Positions 54,660 to 61,070 of a stretch of 61,070 bases of DNA are shown one piece after another. The stretch's first letter is position 1, and each line of letters begins with the position of its first letter. The notes under the pieces are model-generated. The model was not told the origin of the DNA and did not search any database. It was given only the letters and a program-made list of their open reading frames with translations. This DNA comes from Ktedonobacteraceae bacterium (GTDB taxonomy: Bacteria; Chloroflexota; Ktedonobacteria; Ktedonobacterales; Ktedonobacteraceae): positions 1-61,070 of the forward strand of contig JAFAXQ010000246.1 of NCBI GenBank assembly GCA_019240835.1. Reading direction: 5' to 3'. Made by a program: the position numbers and the translations under genes.

Positions 54660-57336
54660 CTGAGTCCTCCATCACACTTTGGACTGTGCTGAGGGAGGCG
54701 AGGTACTCAAGCAGCAAGTGGTGGATAAAGACGTAGCCTCCTCCTACCTTACGCAGCAGCAGTCGCTCACTGGCTTCATCCAGAAAGTGCGCATAGTTCC
54801 AGGGAGTATATCCCTTACCTGTGAGAATTACGCGCAAGACCATGTGTTGTAGGCATGCGTACCCCCCGTTGAGTAGGAAGAGGATCAAGGTGGCAATCAG
54901 ACCCAGGGGGACCGACCACAACAGTCCAGATGCAAGATCGGTAGGGATCAGCCAAAAAGAGAGCGCGAGGCTCAAACCAGTGAAGGCTAGGCCAATAGGA
55001 AATCCGATGAGAACGCCATTGCGTGCAGAAAGTCGGATGCCTTCATTCGGCCTGATATGGGTACGGTCTTCCAACAAGCGCCGCGACAATCCACCGAGCC
55101 ACCATCCTATGGCTGCACCAGCCAGTCCGCCGATGAAACCGCTAGTGAGCAGATGCATCTGCCACAAAGCAAAATTGAGGTAGACTTCATAGCCCAGCCC
55201 CACCGTTCCTCCCACCAGCATCCCAAGGAATCCTCCAAGCAACGAGATCGTCACCCGCCGTCGGATAGGTACTGCCGACCAGACGAGCGCCTCGACGGGT
55301 TGGATCTGTGTTTCTCGACCACCAACTAGGGTACCAGCCAGCCCTCCGATGAGTACTGCGGTCAATCCATAACTCAGTTCTTCTACGACCTGATTGTAGA
55401 CGCTAGAAGAGAGTGGACAAGGCACCCAGAGCAGATTGATCAGTACAAAGATTAACCCAAAGCTCAAGCCAAGCAGTGAGGTGATCACTCGTCGTTGGAT
55501 AGGTATTGCCGACCAGAAGCCAGTCTCGATAGACTTCATCCGTGTGTCTCTGTGGCCAAATAAACCACCAATCGATCCTCCCAGTAGCCCAAACCCCAGT
55601 CCGTAGGTGAGTCCGACAATTGAGAAGGGCAGGAAAAAGGCCAGCAGTTGTGCTCTTGTGCCAAATACTGGCAAGCCGTATGCGCATTGCGATGCTGTCA
55701 CGGCCGTGTGGGTCAAGAGCGCAAAAAGTTGGGCGTGGACAACCTCATACAGGGGGACATCGGCAAGCATAGCTGTTAGGCCTGCCAGCACCCCCACGAG
55801 CAGGCCTATGAACAGTCGACAGTACCATCGAAAAGCTCGAGGCTCCAAGAGCCAATTGGGTTGCATGCTCTCGATGTAGAACTCGGTCTGCTGCTGCCGC
55901 ACTAACTGCCGTGCCAGCCAGGCTAGGTAGCGCAGGGTTTGCGCTGCTGTATAGCAACTCTGGTTGCTCCGACGGGTGAGCAGCATATGCCTAACGTAGA
56001 CCGCAAAGACCTGGTGGCGTCGGGCCTGCAAGGAAAGCGGCTGTGGGAACGCATCGACCGTTTTGCCCTGGTAGGTCAGTGCCAGCATGCTCAACATCAG
56101 CGGGTTGCTCGCCAAATCGCGCAAGGCTGGATCCGCATGCAATGCCTGCTCTAATGCTGCTAGTTGCTCCCCGGCACTAGCCAGATACGCCTCAACCTGC
56201 TCGGAGGTGAGCGGTTGCACCACGACAGCGCGAGAGAGCAAAAGCCGTGCTGGCTGTGCGAAATACTCGTCCTGCCGACAGCACACCACTAGGGGTAGGA
56301 ACCCATGCTCCTGTCGATAGGCGTTGATGGTCTCGATACAGGCACTGCGACAGGTAGGTCTCACCTCGTCCAGACCGTCAAGCAGGGGTAAGATCTGCTC
56401 GGTCTGTATCCAGAACTGCGCCAGCTTGCGAGGAACCTGGTACTTGCTGTGCAGTTCCTCCTCTAACCAATCGCTCAGTGAGCATTGCTTCTGAGCCCAG
56501 GAGGACAGATTGAAGACGACAGGGATGGGATGGGTTTCATCCCGGTCCGCTCGGTCGAGTAGATTGCGAGCTAGCTCCAATAAGAGCGTCGTCTTGCCCA
56601 AACCAGGCTCCCCAAGAATGAGCAATTCGCCATTGATAGCATCGTAGACTTGACTGAGATCGGTACCCGGGGGCAAGGGCTGAGCGATCTGCTTGGGCTG
56701 ATACACGTGCCAGGGATTGGCTACTGCGTCGGCTCGCTCCTGCAATCCCAGGGCTATAAGAGGTGCCCCGTGTAAGGACTGCTCTAACACCCCGCTGATC
56801 CAGAAGGTACGCACTTTCCTGACCATCCGCTGACGATTCTGTTGGCTCATCGGAGCAGGTCCTAGCTGGGCTACCGATGTGGGTAGGTCCGCAACCAAGG
56901 AAGGCGACAGCTTGGCCAGGGAGTTCAAGGAGCCGATGGCTTGGCCGTTCGCGGAGCAGTCTATGCTGCTGAACAGGGCAGGACGCTGATCCGCTTCTCC
57001 CACTTGAGCGCTCCTAGTCTGCCCAGCAGTCTCTTGCTGTTGTCCAGGGATGGGGGGCGGCATGCTCTCCTGCTCAATAGAGCAGGGGAGCAACCCAAGC
57101 TCCTGGGCATCAAGGTCAAAAACGTCACACAGTGCGTGGCGATAGCGGGGACTAGGAAAGGAAATGCCACGTTCCCAGCGAGCGACAGTGCGGGGATCAG
57201 GCTCACCGGGACCGAAATCCGGCAGGCGGCTTATGCGTGTTGCAACCTCTTCAAGTGTCCAGAAACGCAGCTCCCGTTCCTGTTTCAACTTCTGATTTGG
57301 CTTCCCTTTTTTCTTTGGATAAGTCTGCTCTTTCAT
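54646..57336 (-). CDS. STAND NTPase: XRE-like HTH plus NACHT plus repeated multi-TM C-terminal region
   Basis: HTH (WTLEEVATRISRL...RTVARWERG), Walker A GEPGLGKTTLL, Walker B LLDGLDEV. Repeated TM modules (IETGFWSAIPIQRRVITSLLG and VEALVWSAVPIRRRVTISLLG) and a C-terminal FLDEASERLLLRKVGGGYVFIHHLLLEYLA. The ORF track extends to 57453, but that extension is made of an intergenic-looking repeat. Confidence 0.8.
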   Translation of the reverse strand: MKEQTYPKKKGKPNQKLKQERELRFWTLEEVATRISRLPDFGPGEPDPRTVARWERGISFPSPRYRHALCDVFDLDAQELGLLPCSIEQESMPPPIPGQQQETAGQTRSAQVGEADQRPALFSSIDCSANGQAIGSLNSLAKLSPSLVADLPTSVAQLGPAPMSQQNRQRMVRKVRTFWISGVLEQSLHGAPLIALGLQERADAVANPWHVYQPKQIAQPLPPGTDLSQVYDAINGELLILGEPGLGKTTLLLELARNLLDRADRDETHPIPVVFNLSSWAQKQCSLSDWLEEELHSKYQVPRKLAQFWIQTEQILPLLDGLDEVRPTCRSACIETINAYRQEHGFLPLVVCCRQDEYFAQPARLLLSRAVVVQPLTSEQVEAYLASAGEQLAALEQALHADPALRDLASNPLMLSMLALTYQGKTVDAFPQPLSLQARRHQVFAVYVRHMLLTRRSNQSCYTAAQTLRYLAWLARQLVRQQQTEFYIESMQPNWLLEPRAFRWYCRLFIGLLVGVLAGLTAMLADVPLYEVVHAQLFALLTHTAVTASQCAYGLPVFGTRAQLLAFFLPFSIVGLTYGLGFGLLGGSIGGLFGHRDTRMKSIETGFWSAIPIQRRVITSLLGLSFGLIFVLINLLWVPCPLSSSVYNQVVEELSYGLTAVLIGGLAGTLVGGRETQIQPVEALVWSAVPIRRRVTISLLGGFLGMLVGGTVGLGYEVYLNFALWQMHLLTSGFIGGLAGAAIGWWLGGLSRRLLEDRTHIRPNEGIRLSARNGVLIGFPIGLAFTGLSLALSFWLIPTDLASGLLWSVPLGLIATLILFLLNGGYACLQHMVLRVILTGKGYTPWNYAHFLDEASERLLLRKVGGGYVFIHHLLLEYLASLSTVQSVMEDSVVER

Positions 57337-57392
57337 CTCTTCAATTGCCTTCTTTTTAGCTTTAAGCTGCCACTTGCACTCTCTTCCCTGAA

Positions 57393-57506
57393 GGGGAATG
57401 AGAGTTGAGTAGGGCGGTTCGCACATATATAAACAATCTTTGCCATCCCTCATTATACGTATTCGGGGAATGAGAGTTAGGTAGGGCGTTCACACATGGA
57501 TAAACG
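57393..57506. repeat. Two copies of a 42-43-bp direct repeat, 72 bp apart
   Basis: GGGGAATGAGAGTTGAGTAGGGCGGTTCGCACATATATAAACA (57393-57435) versus GGGGAATGAGAGTTAGGTAGGGCGTTCACACATGGATAAACG (57465-57506). Confidence 0.85.
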
Positions 57507-57554
57507 GGCCTTTAGAGGAAATTTGCATACAAGTGACTACTCGTTGTTCCCTAG

Positions 57555-57592
57555 TTGCACCTTGTTGTCTCCTGATTGCACGTTGTTGCTCC
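57555..57592. repeat. Tandem 17-18-bp direct repeat TTGCAC(C/G)TTGTTG(T)CTCC upstream of lanA
   Basis: TTGCACCTTGTTGTCTCC (57555-57572) and TTGCACGTTGTTGCTCC (57576-57592). Related CACCTTGTTAC at 57744-57756 and CGTTGTTCC at about 57541. Confidence 0.7.
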
Positions 57593-57805
57593 ACAAATGT
57601 CATTCAACTGCCAGGGATGGTCCATGTATGCTTCCAGTGTCGAGACGATCCATGGTAGCCTTTGGAAAAACCAAGGCGTTTCAGGCCAAATTGGTCTAAC
57701 CACCAATGGACAGTTTACCTACCTAAATTTTGTACAACTTAGTGACACCTTGTTACTAATTTTGCAGGACTGTTTAGGTAGAAGTGATTGATTTAAGGAG
57801 AAAAG

Positions 57806-58003
57806 ATGAACACCGATTCTGGAGCTAACATTAACGACAGCAACAATCCTTTCAAGCTTGATGTACGCATTTTCCCCTCACACGACATTAGTCATGCTCA
57901 TGCAGCGGTGAAGCCTGCATCACCCGCGACGTGCCAGACGTGTCGAGAAAGCCAGTGTAGCTGGAGCGTCATCACTACTTGTTGGTCTTGTTCTGCCTGT
58001 TAG
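57806..58003 (+). CDS. lanA: Class I lanthipeptide precursor peptide
   Basis: AAGGAG SD. The leader has an F-K-L-D (FNLD-type) box. The C-terminal 24 aa TCQTCRESQCSWSVITTCWSCSAC carry 6 Cys and 9 Ser/Thr. lanC and lanB follow directly. Confidence 0.85.
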   Translation: MNTDSGANINDSNNPFKLDVRIFPSHDISHAHAAVKPASPATCQTCRESQCSWSVITTCWSCSAC

Positions 58004-58036
58004 CGTAGATAGACTTAGTAGTATCCCTGAGGTGAA

Positions 58037-58070
58037 TATGAAGCATGCTTAGAACTGAGTATGCTTCATA
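58037..58070 (+). terminator. Stem-loop between lanA and lanC (possible partial terminator or processing site)
   Basis: TATGAAGCAT-14 nt-ATGCTTCATA; no U-tract. Confidence 0.4.
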
Positions 58071-58098
58071 CCTCCTACCGTAGAGGACGGTTGTTTCT

Positions 58099-59484
58099 AT
58101 GTCTGAGAGAGTTCACCCAAAATATGCAGATTCTTTCATTGTTTGTCCTGCAGATACTAGAGAACCTATTTGGCATGCTATGGTCCCCTCCGTACTGCGG
58201 CAACGAGCCTTGGCGAACATACAAGTTATCGCTGAACGTTTGCAAAATCCTGAGTATATCCTGACCGTAGTAGAAAAGGCAAAAAAGCAGTCTCGGCTTT
58301 TTCATTGGGGGGGTGCTCTCTTCTCTAATAGCTTTGCAAGCGTTGCGCAATTCTATCTCTACCTGACACGTTGCCTTTCAGAACAGGCTTGGGAAGAACA
58401 TGCGCACAAATACCTACGTCTAGCGGCTCAGAGTACCCATCATTATCCGTTAGAAAAGCTTGGGCTATTTGATGGTAGTAGTGGCTTTGCATTGATTCTC
58501 TCTGCTTTCAGTGAACACGAGCCGCGCTATCATGAGACATACAATGAAGTCCAGGAGGAAATAGCAAGGCAAGTGCTGGCACGAAGGTGGAAGCGTCGTT
58601 ATTCAAGCGTAGAGGCGAGCGACTATGATGTCATGTCAGGTGTTTCCGGTATTGTTGGCTACCTTACCTCACTTCGATCTCCCAGTATCCATGTTGAAGA
58701 AGCGATCTTGAAACTCCTGGGCTATCTGATCTGGCTCAGCGACGAAGATCAGCCTGGCCGCAAAAATTGGTTTATTGCACCTGAGCATTTGCCTCTGGAG
58801 AGGTATCGTGAAGAGTACCCTGATGGATATTTGAACGTTGGCCTTTCTCATGGCATTGCTGGTCCCTTGGCTGCTCTTGCGCTGGCTTGGAAGGCCGGTT
58901 ATCGTATTCCTGGTCAGCGCGAAGCTATCGAACGGTTAAGTCAGTGGATCGTCGAACGTCAAGTGCAAGATGAATGGGGTATTAACTGGCCCACTGCGAT
59001 ACCTCTCCAGATGTCGCATAGTCCTGAACAATGGCGGATGCTTCCCTCGGCACGGGCAGCGTGGTGTTACGGCGCACCTGGTATTGCCTCTACCCTGTGG
59101 TTAGCAGGAGCTGCCTTACAGGATACGTCGTTGCATCAGATAGCGTTGCAGGCCCTTGAGACAGTTCTTCAACGTCCCATTGAGCAACGTAATATTAATT
59201 CACCTACAATCTGTCATGGGGTGGCAGGATTACTTGCTATCTGCCTGCGTTTTGCTCATGTATCACAAAGTCAGATCGTGCAAAAGCATATTTCGTTGCT
59301 CACTGAACAGATTTTGGGGGCTTGTCACTCCGATTTGCCACTTACTGTACAGGATCAGGAGAGCAATGGAATCTTTGTCGATGATCCTGGCTTTCTCACT
59401 GGTGCAATCGGTGTGGCATTAGTATTGCTGGCCGTGTGTACATCCGTTGAACCACAATGGAATCGTGCCCTTCTGATTGCGTAA
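58099..59484 (+). CDS. lanC: LanC-type lanthipeptide cyclase
   Basis: GLSHGIAGPL, WCYGAPGIA and ICHGVAGLL, the three LanC signature blocks that include the Zn ligands. Confidence 0.9.
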   Translation: MSERVHPKYADSFIVCPADTREPIWHAMVPSVLRQRALANIQVIAERLQNPEYILTVVEKAKKQSRLFHWGGALFSNSFASVAQFYLYLTRCLSEQAWEEHAHKYLRLAAQSTHHYPLEKLGLFDGSSGFALILSAFSEHEPRYHETYNEVQEEIARQVLARRWKRRYSSVEASDYDVMSGVSGIVGYLTSLRSPSIHVEEAILKLLGYLIWLSDEDQPGRKNWFIAPEHLPLERYREEYPDGYLNVGLSHGIAGPLAALALAWKAGYRIPGQREAIERLSQWIVERQVQDEWGINWPTAIPLQMSHSPEQWRMLPSARAAWCYGAPGIASTLWLAGAALQDTSLHQIALQALETVLQRPIEQRNINSPTICHGVAGLLAICLRFAHVSQSQIVQKHISLLTEQILGACHSDLPLTVQDQESNGIFVDDPGFLTGAIGVALVLLAVCTSVEPQWNRALLIA

Positions 59485-59527
59485 TTGGAAAGAACTGGGC
59501 ATAGAGGCAAAGACTGAGGAAATAGCT

Positions 59528-61070
59528 ATGGCGCAAGAGAAATATATAAATAATAGAGATCGTACGAGAATATATACTGCTGCAGGTTTTTGCCTTGTGC
59601 GTGCTCCTATCTTACCGGTCACTGTCTTTCAACTGATAGCTTCAGGGTCAGCTAAAGATACCACTATGGGGAAAAATCTTCTCACTAATCTTCCAGAAAT
59701 ACAACAGCGGAGTTATGATGTTTTAAGGTCTCTGGCTCCTGATCCATTTGTCACGCAGGCATTACTGGTGGCAAGCACTGACATATTCGAAGGATTGGCC
59801 ACAATTGAGCATGCTACTAGTTCAAATCGTCGTGTTGAGCGTGCATATTCTAGCCTTCTGCGTTATCTGACTAGAATGAGTACCCGTCCAACTCCGTTTG
59901 GCCTGTTTTCGGGCGTTGCGATAGCTACGCTGGGAGAATGTACAACGCTGCAGCTAGGTACACCTGTTGTACAAAGTTTGCGCACGAGACCCGGCATGGA
60001 GTGGCTTTTGTCTCTTATTCAGCAAATAGAGGAAGACAAAGCCTTGGTACCTCATTTGAATGTGGTAGCCAATCAGGCTGTGTATCTGGCTGGAGCACGA
60101 GCTATCCTTCCGTATGCAGACATCTACGGTACAGGTGATTATCGTGAGATTACGCTACGTGCTACACCGGCAGTATATTTTGTCATGGAGAACGCTCGTG
60201 CTCCAATTGCCTATAGTGAGCTAAAGAACGACCTTCTAGACACTTTTCCTCAGGCGGCCGAGCAGCAGGTTGAAGGCTTGTTGCAGCAGTTATGGGAGCA
60301 TCACTTCTTGATGAGCAATTTGCGTCCACCATTGACTAGTGCAGAACCCGAAGTTTGTGTTCTGGAGCAGTTGCGTAACAATCCTGCCTTAGCATCTTTT
60401 GCTTCCAGACTTGAGGAAGTGATTGAGCTAGAGAGGACGATTGATCATACTCCTATCGGCCAGGCCACGGCAAGTATATATCAAATGGTGGAGCGACAGA
60501 AACAGCTTGTGCCTGCGTCAGGAAGATCGCCCTTTCAAATTGACATGGGACTACATCTGGCACAAGCACAACTTAATAGAGAGGTAGGTGAGGCAGTCAT
60601 AGACGCGATTGAGGCACTGCTACGTATCTCACCACCACTCCAAGGTAGGCATCACTTGCAAGAGTACCTTACGGCCTTTCAAGAGAGGTATAGTCTAGAT
60701 GCAGAGGTACCCTTACTGGATTTGCTTAGCCCTGAAACTGGCCTAGATGCTCCACCAACCTATACTGAACCGCCTCGTGCTCATCCATTACCTGGTCTGC
60801 CTTTGCCTGATATGCGGGCCAGAGATAGTCTGTTATGTTCACTTCTCTCTGAAGCCTTATATCAACATGTGCAAGAGATTGAGTTAACAGATGAGCTACT
60901 CGAGCGGCTCTCCCAATGGAGGTCGCAAGAAATACCTCCTCCGCCGACGCTGGAAATGTTCCTGCAAATTCATGCGAAATCAAAAGAAGCTATTGATCGG
61001 GGAGAATGGAGAGGAGTCGTCGCTCCTGCCGGTATTGCCTATGGCGGACGTTCTTTTGGGCGTTTTTTCG
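59528..61070 (+). CDS. lanB: LanB-type lanthipeptide dehydratase, N-terminal (glutamylation) part; truncated by the window edge
   Basis: Not in the ORF track because it has no stop in the window. My translation from the ATG at 59528 (GAGGA SD) stays open to 61070. It contains FCLVRAPILP, RMSTRPTPFGLFSGV and GGRSFGRFF, typical LanB N-terminal motifs. Confidence 0.85.
   Translation, partial: MAQEKYINNRDRTRIYTAAGFCLVRAPILPVTVFQLIASGSAKDTTMGKNLLTNLPEIQQRSYDVLRSLAPDPFVTQALLVASTDIFEGLATIEHATSSNRRVERAYSSLLRYLTRMSTRPTPFGLFSGVAIATLGECTTLQLGTPVVQSLRTRPGMEWLLSLIQQIEEDKALVPHLNVVANQAVYLAGARAILPYADIYGTGDYREITLRATPAVYFVMENARAPIAYSELKNDLLDTFPQAAEQQVEGLLQQLWEHHFLMSNLRPPLTSAEPEVCVLEQLRNNPALASFASRLEEVIELERTIDHTPIGQATASIYQMVERQKQLVPASGRSPFQIDMGLHLAQAQLNREVGEAVIDAIEALLRISPPLQGRHHLQEYLTAFQERYSLDAEVPLLDLLSPETGLDAPPTYTEPPRAHPLPGLPLPDMRARDSLLCSLLSEALYQHVQEIELTDELLERLSQWRSQEIPPPPTLEMFLQIHAKSKEAIDRGEWRGVVAPAGIAYGGRSFGRFF

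Noticed and set aside
57337-57453. N-terminal extension of the NACHT ORF (MRDGKDCLYMCEPPYSTLIPLQGREC...).
   Set aside because: It is translated from one copy of the 42-bp intergenic direct repeat. The conserved HTH begins after the Met at 57336, which has an SD-like GAAGAG/GAAGG upstream.
57496-57791. ORFs 57496..57699 and 57576..57791 as possible additional precursor peptides upstream of lanA.
   Set aside because: They have no SD, no FNLD-type leader box and no Cys/Ser/Thr-rich C-terminus. They overlap the repeat-rich regulatory region.
1-61070. A search by eye for tRNA/rRNA genes, CRISPR arrays, transposases and integrases.
   Set aside because: I saw no T-loop/acceptor patterns, repeat-spacer arrays, DDE/tyrosine-recombinase-like ORFs or terminal inverted repeats with a transposase. 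Absence by eye is not proof; tRNAscan-SE, ISfinder and CRISPRCasFinder should confirm.

Overview
About 50 genes, called by eye from motifs and the ORF track with no database search. The style (HTH-STAND/TPR regulators, Pro-Thr linkers, SARP, lanthipeptide genes) suggests a Ktedonobacteria-like Chloroflexota or actinomycete-like chromosome; this is inference. I saw no rRNA, tRNA, CRISPR array or transposase.

Left and centre are mostly housekeeping:
- a fused nucleotidyltransferase/phosphohexomutase-like gene
- a VapBC pair and cysS
- an NfeD-flotillin-PspA membrane module
- a Ser/Thr kinase and a GS-like gene
- an ilvB-ilvN-ilvC-(short leuA-like)-thrB-thrC block behind a long attenuator-like leader
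- an XPB-helicase operon and a cystathionine beta-synthase

Three accessory blocks stand out:
1. 18.3-23.2 kb, minus strand: a tryptophan-centred cluster. It holds a TDO-like heme protein with a long N-terminal extension, a divergent TrpRS paralogue, an H-NOX domain fused to a winged-helix-like tail, and an aromatic amino-acid decarboxylase.
2. 43.1-51.9 kb: an MIO ammonia-lyase/aminomutase, an HpaB-type monooxygenase, a flavin reductase, an NTF2-like protein, a Tat-lipoprotein BBE oxidase and a SARP regulator.
3. 54.6-61.07 kb: an HTH-NACHT-multi-TM STAND protein followed by a class I lanthipeptide cluster (lanA-lanC-lanB). It runs off the right edge, and the lanB frame is absent from the ORF track because it has no stop in the window.

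Start codons were often moved inward from the ORF-track maxima. All start positions are provisional.
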